A DNA stretch of 64,000 bases, taken from NCBI RefSeq assembly GCF_006345805.1, contig NC_042997.1, positions 29,884,001 through 29,948,000 on the forward strand, read 5' to 3'. This stretch comes from Octopus sinensis. Lineage: Eukaryota. Every line of letters starts with the position of its first letter. Within the stretch, counting starts at the first letter, position 1. The position numbers and the translations under genes were made by a program. The notes beneath the pieces are model-generated. The model had not been told where the DNA came from, made no database searches, and worked only from the letters and a program-made list of their open reading frames with translations. This document shows, piece after piece, positions 1 to 12,604 of this stretch.

Positions 1-1530
1 TGGTGATTAGTATGCGCTAGTGATTAGTATGCGTTGGTGTTTGGTAAATGTTCGGGATTGGTAATTGGTGTCCTGCTCATGCGTTTGGTTGGTAGCAGTG
101 ACCTAGGTGTAGGCGGTACATATTAGTAGCTGATGCTAAGGTGGTATATTCGAGTTGTCGTGAGTCAAAGACCGGAAATTCGCCAGAAGAGCATACCTGT
201 GGTGGCAAGAATACAATAAATCGTATTTCTTGTTGATACATACTATGGGTTGTTGGAGGATATGTAGTTTTTCACGGAAGCAGAGCTGGCAGATAGGGCA
301 CCGGGTGAATATGGTGGTGGTGCTTTTTCGACAATAGTCCACTTGATGCAGAGTATTTCATCTCGGAGATCACGATGTCTCCAGAGAAAACAAGACAGGG
401 AAGTAGGGTACTCTCGGTCCCTGGATCGGAATGAGTGCATATGCTGGGAATATCTTTCCTTGAATTCATTAGCTGTCATTCCCGTAAAGTGTCTAACAAT
501 GCCGTGGGATGGTGTAAGGGTGGCTTTGTATACTACGGGACTTGAGATGCAAGATCCTTCTAGAGGGCACATAGTGGGGTTTCAGAAGCTGTAGGTTGGG
601 ATTGTGGTAGAGTGAGCGATTCATTACGTCTGTTCATGCGTGCGATGTTAGATAGGATATAATCTAAGCAGAGTAGTTCACCTTGACATTATGGGGGTGT
701 TAAAGAGTTTGTAATACTTATGACCTTTTGGGAAGTGATCCATAATTAGCGATAGGAAGCCCATAGTTACGTTGATGGAAACTTCTAGGTTTAAAGTGGG
801 GTTACACCATATACTTTTCCTTCTCCTAATCCTTTTGTGGTTAGGAGAGGTGTTTGAGGATTATACACATACGTAAGCTTCTGAGTAAAACCTCTTCTAG
901 TCAAAGTATCTTTGTAGTGGGGACGCCATTAAAGATGTCTCTATTGGCCGAGAGATTAGATAGTCGTTTACTAATGCGTGGAACCAGGCTTCTAATTAAA
1001 GCGTGTGCATGGTTTGCGCTCTTGTGGATGTATACTGTATCCACTCTAGGCTTCTTGTACGAGTAATACTTGAGCTACTCAGGCCTAAGTTTACGTCCAA
1101 GAAATCGACTAGAGTCAGATTGGTGGTAACCGTTATGGACAGCCGGAACTTACTGAATATTTTTATCAAATAACTTCCTGAACTTGTCTATGGTGTGGCC
1201 GTTCATATAGCTTGAGATAGCCAGGGCATCATGCCTATAGAGGGATCCAAGATGTATAACACAGTGAGGTTGGCCATTTCAGCCCCATCAACTCTCCTCA
1301 TAGAGACGTCGAACAATAGATCACATTCTTTTGTCACCCAGAAGGAATCGTCGTTTGCCATAATTTCAGGTCACTCGGTGCCGACAACCGGATATACCAC
1401 CTTAGCGCCCGCTGCTATTCTGCACCACCTGCACCAAGAACACCGCTACCAACCAAACCCCTGAGCAGGACCACCAATTACCAATCCACAACGTTTACCA
1501 ACCTCCAACGCCCACCAATCCCCAACGCTT
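1..1530 (-). mobile_element. Penelope-like retroelement remnant (RT C-terminal part, linker, GIY-YIG endonuclease) with an inverted copy of its 3' region at the 5' end
   Basis: Minus-strand translation gives W.TKECDLLFDVSM..VDGAE, GSLYRHDAL (YRDDGL-like), VDFLDVNL, YIHKSANH, RRKSIWCNPPF, CPLEGSCISSPVVYKATL..GMTANEFKERYSQH and CQLCFREKLHIL; frameshifted. 1-175 is an imperfect reverse complement of about 1372-1527. Confidence 0.9.
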
Positions 1531-1544
1531 GATTTTCCTCATGT

Positions 1545-1950
1545 ATACTCACACACGCGTGTGTGTGAATGCACTTATACACACGCATGCGTGCGTGCGC
1601 ACACACTGGTATACATGCGTACGTGCATGTGAATATGCATATATACATATGAATGAATACGCATGTATGTGTGTATGCGTGTGTGTGTGTATGTGTGCGT
1701 ATGCACGTGTATGTGTGTGCATGTGCGGGCGTGTGTTTTCCAAGCTCGTGTGTGTGTGTGTTTGTGCAGACGTGCACGTGCGCTCCCATGTACAAATCCG
1801 CATATTCGCATCAATACACACGCACACACATATTTATACATACACCCATATGCATCCATGTGTGTGTGTTTGTGTTTGCTCGTAGATATGCATGCTTTTA
1901 TGTAAGTAATTATTCAAGTACCGCATATGCATGTGTGTACGTATATGTCT
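1545..1950. repeat. Mixed (CA/TG/TA)n simple repeat
   Basis: Direct inspection; explains the overlapping VCVC/THTH ORFs. Confidence 0.9.
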
Positions 1951-2859
1951 ACTCATTTATATAACAATTATTTTATATTATATCGTTCAGATTCAGACGT
2001 GTTGTTATATTTCCTTTTGGGTATGTCAATATCTTCCTATTTATTATGAATTTGTTTGGATGAGTGCTATGGCCCTGATCTATTTCTGATCTGTGGGCAT
2101 TAAATCTGTAAAATCATTAGTTCATCAGTAAAAGTGCTTTGCTGTATGTGTTCGAACTAGCTACGTTTTGAATTCAAAAGCATGACCTGCTGAGGTCATG
2201 CTTCCTTTCATCCACCCGGGATAGATAATTTAATGTATCCGTCCATCCGAGATAACTTAATGTACTGTTCTAATGGTTCGGATAATCCACTTCTCATATT
2301 ATTGTGCCTTCTGACTAGATTGGAAAAACCAATTATTTAAGATTATTCCATACTACCAGTAAGGCTGATGTTATTCTTCTCATAATTACTGTTGTAGATG
2401 TAGTCTAGATCCGACCTCACCTGAAGTATGTGCATCACTTCCGTAATTTCTCTGCATGACAGACCATGCATACCTGTTTTAAAAAATTACTTGATTTTTG
2501 TCTATTTTTTTTTACATGTTCGTAAAAAAAATAACATTCATTTTATTTCTCGCGTGCCACCTCAGTTTTCCCTACCTTCCGAACTATGCTACGAATTGTT
2601 TATTTTGTAGAACATGACTGTGTTCTTGCATTGCTTCGCATACATTTCAACCACCATAGTAGCCACTGAATTGAGGATTAATTTATGTACTTCTCTTCGA
2701 AACCTTGTATTTCTTATCTAATAGCATTTTATAATTTAACACATTTCAATACAACGTATGTAATATTGCAGTACTTATCAACAATGCCAGTAAAAGTATA
2801 ACAGGTATTGCACGAGATCAAGAAAATCTGCGCTGCAAAAGAGTCGGGAAATGGGAGCA

Positions 2860-3420
2860 AAACCAAATGTCTATTGTATTTAGAAGCGAAGTCATTCAAA
2901 AAGTTACATTCCTAGGCTAGTCCATGCCCTGTGTGAAGACGACGCCACTGTTGCATCTGAAGAGGATTTAAAAACCCGCATAATGAGGAGGAACATCCTG
3001 TTAAGTAATGAGGAATTACAGTACTGTACGGCGTATCATGAAAATGATTAACTCCAGCAATCTTTTGTCCTATTACAGTTACTACGATATTCTCTCATGC
3101 CAAGCACGCAGAAGCCTTTTGGCGATGAGACTTTAATTTATAGCAAGACGACATCTTAGCATGGTGTTGTAAGGGGCTACTTCGCGGGAATTTTGCCAAA
3201 CCATTGGGTTGTACGGGAACGTTTGGTAGAATACTCTCCACGTTCACCGCACTTCACACCAAATGACGATTTTATGAGGTGAAATTTACAGTACAAACCG
3301 ATAGCAGCCAAAGAATTGAGGAGAGCCAGTTAGTGAAAACATACACGACTGCAGAGTGAAGTGTCTTTTAGCGATTACTTTGCATCGCTTTGTCAGTGTG
3401 AAACAAAGTATTAATTAAAC
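2860..3420 (+). mobile_element. Highly decayed Tc1/mariner-superfamily transposase remnant
   Basis: WVVRERLVEYSPRSPHFTPNDDF resembles the WPPRSPDLTP.DF motif; a QDD-like segment lies upstream; many stops. Confidence 0.5.
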
Positions 3421-3544
3421 AAAGTATTAATTAAAAAATAATTTCCGTCTGTAGATTCTATTAGGTATCAAAAATTAAATGTAGAATAATAAGTAACGGG
3501 TTTATGATCATTTAATGTGTGTATAACTTTGTAGGATACACCGT

Positions 3545-3688
3545 ATGCATAAATGTGTGTATCTGTCTCTCTGTCTGTCTGTTTGTGTTTGTGTGTGCGT
3601 GTGTGTGCATGTATGTATTTATACATACATGTATACATATATACATACGTATAGATAGATAGATAGATAGATAGAGAGATAGATAGAG

Positions 3689-3765
<77 letters not shown>
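3545..3765. repeat. (TG)/(TACA)/(TAGA)n microsatellite
   Basis: Direct inspection. Confidence 0.95.
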
Positions 3766-3766
<1 letters not shown>

Positions 3767-5574
3767 AGATACATTCATGTATAGTTGCACATAGTCTCTT
3801 CGTGGATATTGGTATGCAAGTATTGCTACTCATAATATTTACTGATTCACTAAAGTACAGAGAAGAAATATATTCTCTTGTGGCCACATATTTGAACTGC
3901 AATGAGTCAATAATAAACATCTATTTATGCTCTGCCATAATTACTTGTGCCAACTGACCAAGTAAATGTTTCGGGGAAAATCTTATATTTCGTCGCGAAT
4001 ATTCAACATCATCAGACAACAAAATTACTTAGAAATTGATGTATGAGACTGCTTCTGGTGATGACATTAGAATCGATTCCATTAGAAAAATTGTTCGTGC
4101 AAACAAGATAAATATCCGAAGATCAGAATGGCCTGAACATGTCATTTAATAACAAGTAGCGATTAATAAGAACACAACCAATTACTATGATAAATTAATC
4201 AATGTAAAGAGATCGAATAATGGTCGTCCAATGTTAGTTACATTAATCCGAAAGAATGTAATAGTTATATAAAGAAGACACGTGCATGTTACCAGGGCTT
4301 GAAAACCATACAGGCATTGCTTAATGTATGAGACATGTAGATCTATGCTATTAACTCTTGTCGTGACAAATTATACAAGGTGAACATGCGTTGAGGAAAT
4401 GCCGGAAGACCAACTATCTTCGCTTAATAATTAAATCAGGGAATGGGAATGTTCAGTGCGATGACATAAGCAATAAATCAGTGGAGGGTATTTACGAGGG
4501 GGAGAAATTAATACATTGTGAATGTTTGAGTAGAGATATCACGCGACTAACCAGCTTTGTAGAGAAGAGGCTGTTGTTAGAGCACTATAAAGGAAAACGA
4601 AAGATACAACACGTCTGTAGCAAGGAGATTGCACTGCGCTATAGGGAGTGATTTTCAATTCAAAACATTGGAGTTCTGTCTTTGTGGATACGATCATGGA
4701 TACTTGAATGTCAACAACGTGAAAGTAGTAATCCAGTTGAATCTCGTTTTAGTTTTGTCGTTAGTTCGTGCATGAATAATGTTCTATTAAAGAAATGTTA
4801 GGCCACATTTACGATAGAGTTTTAGCTAAGGTAAAGATCTTTGTCAGAAAAGATTATGAGTAATATCGACGAGAGGTCTAACAACTGAAGAGAATGCGTG
4901 GGGGTCATGTTATTTGCTGCTCTTGTTTTGGGACGGTGATTTCTTGTTTTGAGAACTGTTTTTTTACAGTAGTAGGTAACAATTTGAACATGATCCCTTC
5001 GAGGAAAATTTAGAGGTACGTGTTCATGCAGTCAGTCCAATTCCACCTGGGTGTCTAAGATATATATAGATAATTCTTAAGTTTAGAAAATGAGTAAAGC
5101 TGAAATGTTAGTATCATATATGTAGGATTGGACGTTCTCAGAAATAATAGCAAGTAAGTCGATGTATAACAAAACTGAACCAGGTGTCAACAACGTTTCA
5201 TAGAGCTTGACCAGAGTGACCACCATATGCACTAGTTGAAATAGTATGAGCTGAGTGGAAGCTTACTTTCGATGATACATAAGGATGCATAGCACGCATG
5301 GTTGTGTTCTGAAGCTTCTCGTACCAATCAAATTCGAAAATGTGACGAATCTCAATGATATAACACTGATTGATTTCACTAAATGTTTAGAATGCATGAT
5401 CCTAAATGTAATTGACATGGGCGAGTAAGTCTATAGTAGAATAAAACACATGTGTTCCTGAAGGAAAGAGTGAAATTCGAGGCGTTGGCTGAGATTGCTT
5501 TTAATGGATGTCTGCATCACGTATGAGATAGTGAAATTTGAGTGCGATTAGATGTCTGTACGTCCACTGGGGAG

Positions 5575-5690
5575 TGAATGAGCGAGCGAACAAACAAGCG
5601 AACGAGCGGGCGAACGAGCAGCCGACCGACCAAAAGGCCCACCGACCAACCGACCTACCGACCGACCGACCGACCGACTGACCGACTATC
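5575..5690. repeat. GC-rich tetranucleotide repeat (GAGC/GAAC then GACC)n
   Basis: Direct inspection. Confidence 0.85.
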
Positions 5691-6800
5691 AGATTTAGCT
5701 TGCTGAAGAGATATATAGCGGAAGGGAAAGCAAACGATAAAGGGAGAGGCTGAAGAGGGCTTTTTTTCTTCGATAGTAACTAAAACTATTGGATGTAGTT
5801 TCCAAGGAGGATTAGCTTTCGATTTTTCCAATGCGCGAAGACCTATACAACAATATAGCCATTAATGTTCATTGTTTAATCATCATGTTAAAATCTTCAA
5901 TGTAGTTCGCCTTTCATTTACAAACAAATAAAATTATGCAGATTGTAATCGTGCAATTAACCTAAGGTGTTTAAATAAATTACTTTTGTTAATAGCTTTC
6001 GTCTCTTTCCATCTTACTAGAGATAAAAAACATTATCGTTTCATGGTACGAAACATTTAATATCTCATTTATGTTTCATTTACAAACACGTCGGCCGAGT
6101 TCACGGCCTACTTTCTCTTCTGTGTATTATGTACTTCAGTTCTCGTGCGCTAGTAATTCCTGAATATTAATAATCTTTTCTATATGCTTTTATTTGAAAA
6201 TCAATATTCTAATCTTGCATATATAAAGGAGAAAATTGACAAATACGGCGTATTTAATTTAACATCTCTATTTCTTTAGCAAGTAATCTAAATATGGAGA
6301 TTGGCGCTTTATACTGAACTGGTTTATTCCTAATCCGTCGAATCGCGATATCATTGTATTCTTTTTATGATGTTAATTGATCAAGCAATAATACAGCACT
6401 TCGTTACTTAGCCTCTTATACAAAAGTCACTTTCCACAGAGGTCCCTGATACCTATTCACAATTCTGAGAAATTAGAGATAACGATAATGGGTTAATTAT
6501 TATTATTACTTATGTATGATTGGGGTGAATATTAAGAATGTGGAAAAGAGGGTAATAAGAAACTTTAGTGCTAAAGCCATATAATTGCTATTCGAATGTC
6601 TTTACCGACACAACAATCCAACCTCTACACATGTCCATAATCGAAACCGGATTCACAACAGACTAATACCCAACAGATTGGAATGTGCCCAACAGATTCA
6701 TAGAATACAGAGAGTTTAAATACTACTTATTAATTTTCATATATTTTACATCAGTGCGCTACTAACTAATGACAGAAATTCACAGCACAAGATGACATCA

Positions 6801-7181
6801 GGGGAAGTACTCCGTCGGTTACGATAACGAGGGTTCCGGTTGATCCGATCAACGGAACAGCCTGCTCGTGAAATTAACGTGTAAGTGGCTGAGCACTCCA
6901 CAGACACGTGTACCCTTAACGCAGTTCTCGGGGATATTCAGCGTGACACAGAGAGTGACAAGGCCGGCCCTTTGAAATACAGGTACGACAGAAACGGGAA
7001 GTAAGAGTGAGAGAAAGTTGTGGTGAAAGAGTACAGCAGGGATCACCACCATCCCTGCCGGAGACTCGTGGAGCTTTAGGTGTTTTCGCTCAATAAACAC
7101 TCACAACGCCCGGTCTGGGAATCGAAACCGCGATCCTACGAGCGCGAGTCCGCTGCTCTAACCACTGGGCCATCGCGCCTC
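6801..7181 (-). mobile_element. tRNA-derived SINE, family B, full length with 15-bp TSD
   Basis: Head GGAGGCGCGATGGCCCAGTGGTTAGAGC..GGTTTCGATTCC has A/B-box-like motifs; TSD CACAAGATGACATCA at 6786-6800 and 7182-7196. Confidence 0.9.
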
Positions 7182-7284
7182 CACAAGATGACATCAAACG
7201 ACTCCACAACACAAAAGAAACTAGTTGTAACAAGTATTAAAATAGTCCTAATTAGGACTATTGTAACACTTGTACATAGGTACA

Positions 7285-7840
7285 TGTGAAGGTTCACAAA
7301 CATGAGGTAGTGGGTTAGATTCCCAGACCGAGCTGTGTGAGGTATTCTTGAGCCAGACATTTTATTTCATGTTGCTCCAGTTCACTGAGCTTTAGAAATG
7401 AGTTGCGACATCACTGGTACCAATCTGTATCGACATTTGCTTTTCCGTTAGATAATATCAGTGGCGTGAAGAGGGAGGGGAGGCTGGTATACAAGAGTAG
7501 CTGCTGGCCTTCCTCAATTTTGCCTGAACTTGTTCCTCGGAAGGAAACTTTCTAGTTGCAATCCTATGTTCATTCAATACCTATTTCTTTACTACCCACA
7601 AGGGGCTAAACACATAGAGGACAAACAAGGACGGACAAACGGATTAAGTCGATTATATCGACCCCAGTGCGTAACTGGTACTTAATTTATCGACCCCGAA
7701 AGGATGAAAGGCAAAGTCGACCTCGGCGGAATTTGAACTCAGAACATAACGGCAGACGAAATACGGTTACGCATTTCGCCAGGCGTGCTAACGTTTCTGC
7801 CAGCTCGTCGCCTTCATTCAATACCGAAGGGATCTCCACT
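7285..7840 (+). mobile_element. tRNA-derived SINE, family C, diverged and interrupted near its 3' end by a family A SINE
   Basis: Matches copies at 9831-10162 and 23171-23506 (GTTGCTCCAGTTCACTCAGCTGTAGAAATGAGTTGCGAC..). Confidence 0.8.
7582..7812 (-). mobile_element. tRNA-derived SINE, family A, with 13-bp TSD
   Basis: Near-identical to 25117-25347 and 29951-30184; TSD TTCATTCAATACC at 7569-7581 and 7813-7825. Confidence 0.9.
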
Positions 7841-8335
7841 TTTCACATTGGTATATGACTACAAGAATGCAAGTGTGTGTATGCTGTGCGTATTTGTTTC
7901 TTGTGTGTGAGTGAGTATGTAATATAAATTAACACCCATGCTTCAATGTAAGTTATTACCAGAAATACTCACACGCAAGACACAGGTTATATTATATCCA
8001 TTGAGTAACAATGGATGCTGTTTAACTTATTCATTAATTTTAACCTCCAATCTATTTAATTCTCATTCTTACAACTTTATTGTAATATATATGAGATATA
8101 GTATAACGATATGTAAATATTGCTTAAAATCTCATTTCCTTATTGAGTATATGACCTATTTGAACTATAACATCCAAGAAAATTAACAAGTCGCGAGACA
8201 TTTTCAGCCGAAGACTTCATGTGAAGAAACAAAGTTTCTTCTTATATTTCACTGGAATAGAATTTAGACATCGGGAAGAGATGTATCCATGAAAAAGCAA
8301 TGCTCTTCTAACAGAAATTTATCTAAAGACAATTT

Positions 8336-8346
8336 CATATATATAC

Positions 8347-8396
<50 letters not shown>

Positions 8397-8399
8397 ATG

Positions 8400-8444
<45 letters not shown>

Positions 8445-8489
8445 GTATGTATATATATATATATATCGTCTGAGCTGTTGATGTATGTG

Positions 8490-8547
<58 letters not shown>

Positions 8548-8720
8548 ATGTATATGTATATGTATGTATATATATATATATGTATATATATATGATGTAT
8601 GTATGTATGTATGTATGTATGTATGTATGTATGTGTGTACGTATGTATGTATGTATGTATGTATGTATGTGTGTGTGTGTGTGGTGTGCGTTTGTGTTTG
8701 CGTGTCTTGTAGTGTATGCA
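8336..8720. repeat. (TA)n/(TATG)n/(TG)n compound microsatellite
   Basis: Direct inspection. Confidence 0.95.
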
Positions 8721-9699
8721 TGTATATGTGTATATTTAAAGCAAGCTGTACTTTACCAAAGAATCAATTAATAGTTGGATAAATATTACTGTTATATGTA
8801 ATATCATAATGTCTTCCTGCAGCTATAGCAACAATATGTTACTATTTGTCTATAAGTTACATTATATTTTTATGGTAGTTTCATATTTACTGAGGCAGAA
8901 AATATCTCTGAACTGAAAAGTTTTTGTTTTCCCTCTTAATGAAATTACATTTAAAATGCTTTATAGACGTAGGCCACTTGCTTGTAAAATATTTTATCAT
9001 TCTCAAATACCACTTTACTTGGAAACAAACATTTATTTAATTTATACAATCAATAATATTTGATTGCGTGTAATATTTATTTTCATTGTGAAAGTATGAA
9101 ACGCACTTAAGTGGAAGAAAGTAAGTAGTGTCTAAATTTTTCCAGTTAATAAATAATAAAATTACACATGTGAGTTTCCAGGGAGCCAATTTTGCGATGG
9201 ATTTTCGATTCCCAGTTGAGGAAATTTTTCTTCATTTACATTGTTATTTTCCATGAAAAATTCATGAATGTCGCAACACCTTTTTAACCACATATCTCAT
9301 GATGGAGCAACTATACACCTACGTTTTGACGATGAACCAGAATTTCCTCAAAAAATCTATATTTATAGGTAGCTCAGATTTAAACACAAATACATAAAAT
9401 CGAATACATACGACCTTTACTTAATATCGATTGCTAAGATATAACCGTCTATGATCTTTTTGCTGGAGGGATAACACAGAGGTAACAAAATAATATAAGC
9501 GATTTAATTATTTTGGATTTTCTTCAGCGTTCTTATCAGAAATAAGCAAGAGAATAAATACCCAATAAAAGAAACTTACAGGTTACCTCTCGGTGTTTTT
9601 TTTTCACATGCAAGACTAATGCCCTTCCCAAAGATACGAATAACACTCAAATTATTGACTTATATGATTCTATGCAAATATATTGTGCGTACTGAGTAT

Positions 9700-10325
9700 T
9701 ACTCTTTTACTTGTTTCAGTCATTTGACTGCGGCCATGCTGGAGCACCGCCTTTAATCGAGCAATTCGACCCCGGGACTTATTCTCTTGTAAGCCCAGTA
9801 CTTATTCTATCGGTCTCTTTTGCCGAACCGGCTCAGTGGTTAGAGCGTCGAGCTTACGATCGTGAGGTTGTGAGCTCGAATCCCGGACCGGGCTGCGTGT
9901 TGTGTTCTTGAGCAAAGCACTTTATTTCACGTTGCTCCAGTTCACTCAGCTGTAGAAATGAGTTGCGACGTCACTGATGCCAAGCTATATCGACCTTTGT
10001 CTTTCCCTTGGATAACATCAGTGGCGTGGAGAGGAAAGGCTGGTATGCATGGGCGACTGCTGGTCTTCCATAAACAACTTTGCCCGGACTTGTGTCTAGG
10101 AGGGTAACTTTCTAGGTGCAATCCCATGGTCATTCATGACCGAAGGGGGTCTTTACCCTTTACATATATACGACGGGCTTCTTTCCGTTTCCGTCTACCA
10201 AATCCACTCACAAGGCTTTGGTCGGCCCGAGGCTATAGAAGAAGACACTTGCCCAAGGTGCTACGCAGTGGGACTGAACCCGGAACCATGTGGTTGGTAG
10301 AGAAGCTACTTACCACACAGTCACT
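9700..10325 (-). mobile_element. tRNA-derived SINE, family E, split by a family C SINE with loss of internal sequence
   Basis: Tail 9700-9830 and head 10164-10325 match the intact copy at 23654-24040; about 100 bp of the internal part is missing. Confidence 0.85.
9831..10162 (+). mobile_element. tRNA-derived SINE, family C
   Basis: GCTCAGTGGTTAGAGCGTCG..GCTCGAATCCCGG head; near-identical reverse complement of 23171-23506. Confidence 0.9.
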
Positions 10326-11010
10326 TCTGAGCCTATTAGAGAAACAAATGTTTACCTTCACATAACCATTTCCAATCTACACTGGTCCTTATTTCCAGCA
10401 GGAAATATTTCCAATCCTATTGCGTATCAAGTTTTCATATGAATTATGCTTAGGAAATTCTGTCATGACAGCATATATGTGTTCGATATCATAACAAACT
10501 TCCAAATTGCCCTTAAAAATCGTTGATATTTTATGAAAACAAGTTCGTAATGACTTCATGGTTATATTTAGCATGGTGAATTAACTAAAGAAAAGGAAGC
10601 AGTTATTAAATTACACTAGAAATTACTAAGAGGTATCTTAGTATAAATTTTTCACAAACACTATTATTCGAAAAATCCCAAGAGCAATTTCTTAGCAAAA
10701 TAATGTTATGGAGCAATGTTATGAAGCGTCACACGCAAGGCAGTGTATAACGAGTAAAATTAATCCAGCTGAGACTGAGATTTCTTTGTCATGACGCTTT
10801 CTCCTGACAACTTCCAGACAGTCTATTTGTACAGAACATTGATAGGATTTTTAATAGCATTAAAAATATGAGCTAAATTCTCTCTCCTTAATATAATTTG
10901 GAGAGAATGTATGTTTTTTTTTTTTTTAGAAAAATAGTACAAAGCTAAGAAAGTCTACCTCTTTTGAGGCCCGTTGTAACTAAAGAAATATAGAATTAAT
11001 TTGAAAATAG

Positions 11011-11179
11011 AGTTCTATATTTCAGAGACGAGGAATTATGTACATTATTTACATTTGACGGATATTCGTATTCATCTTGTTTGTTAACACGGCGTTTCGG
11101 TTGATATACCCTCCAGCATTCATCAGGTATCTTGGGGAAATTTCGATCCTGGGTTCTCATTCGTAAGGTATTTTTCGAA

Positions 11180-11219
<40 letters not shown>

Positions 11220-11420
11220 GCTATTGTTGTTGTTGTTGTTCGGGTCACTGCCTAGAATCGAACTTGGAATCTTTCGGGTGAGTATAACGCGCTTTTAACC
11301 ACTACGCCTATGCCCCAAGACAACCGACGAATGCTGGGAGGTATATTAGCCGAAACGTTGTGTTAACAACAAAAAAGATGAGGACAAATATCTGTAAAAT
11401 GCATATAATGTAAATAATGT
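11011..11420 (-). mobile_element. SINE-like element: tRNA head, (AAC/AAT)n, HHR-bearing PLE-type tail, plus inverted tail copy at the 5' end
   Basis: A box-like TAGGCGTAGTGG (11310-11299) and B box GTTCGATTC (11263-11255); HHR-like motif at 11133-11086 (minus) and inverted copy at 11318-11363 (plus); arms about 11042-11135 and 11313-11420. Confidence 0.75.
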
Positions 11421-11774
11421 AATTTGAAGTTTCGATTTCCACAAACCATTTCTGCCTGGTAATTTCAAAGCATTTATGGAATTATTGAATATTATTTTCC
11501 TTATTTTATTAATTTTATTGAGTATTATTTTCTTTAATATTTTATGAGAAAATATCAGAGGAATAACAAATATGAAATAAACTTACTTCCAAATAGTCGC
11601 CCGCATTCAATCCATTCTTCAAAAGTGAGATGAAAATAACCACAACCGGTTCCATGTTTACATAATGTTACGGAACAATTTGATTCTACCTATAATTTAA
11701 AATATCAGTAGTATTTTAATGCACAGGTTGAATATATATTTATTCAAAAGTTTATTGTTACAATAAATATATTA

Positions 11775-11910
11775 AGACGGCGAGCTGGCGCAAACGTTAG
11801 CGATCCGGGTAAACTGCTGAGCAAGTAGCAGTTTAACACCGGGGTCGATTTAAGTGATTTACCCCTCCCTCGAAATTATTGGCCTTCTCCCATAATTTGA
11901 AACCGATATA
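11775..11910 (+). mobile_element. Decayed family A SINE
   Basis: GGCGAGCTGGCGCAAACGTTAGC head and GGGGTCGATT..CCCCT..AAATT..GGCCTT tail. Confidence 0.6.
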
Positions 11911-12604
11911 TGATGCATTCTCCCGGTTGGTGATAACTTAAATATTACAAGCTGTAACACCGCTTCTCGATCGTTGAATGGCTTTAGCTGTTTTATCTCA
12001 GACACACCCACTCCAGTCTGGCTACCGGTTCTCTCTTCGCTCGCGGTTCATATACTGTTATTGAGATTAGACATTCAGCCAAGGTAGTAGCCATTTATAT
12101 TTCAATAATCTCAAAGCGACTTTCTATATCATGGAGCTGACAGTCCTCTTTTTACTAAAAGTACAAATAAATGTATACCCTTCCGATAGATAAAGCAATA
12201 GTATATTATATCATGTAATAAATGATTTCATTTAACATTTTCTTATGTTCAATATGATGGCACTAGAAATAAATGAGGCCCAGCCTCATTAAAATCTGTG
12301 TGCTGTAACAAAAGGATGCTTAACTACTAAATGTTCATTTAAAATAGAAAGAAACCGACTTGCAAGCTTTGCTGTTACAATACCGAGGAGGTATTTTCCT
12401 TCAGATTGCAGTGATAGATTTGAGTGTTACTATTAGTATGACATTCCCAAAAATAGGCGAAGCTAGGGTGTTTTGCTCTCAATATTCCCCATGACGAAAA
12501 TTATCAATCTAATTTCCCTTACAGTGGATTCTTATATAACACAAATTTTGACGTATTTATTCGTTGAGAAATATTTAACTCTGCATAACAACAGGCAAAT
12601 TTAT

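Noticed and set aside
4000-5500. Possible very old LINE RT remnant
   Set aside because: Only weak, strand-inconsistent motif hints (e.g. PGSVLLYIDLL on minus, LIDFTK on plus); cannot be supported without a profile search.
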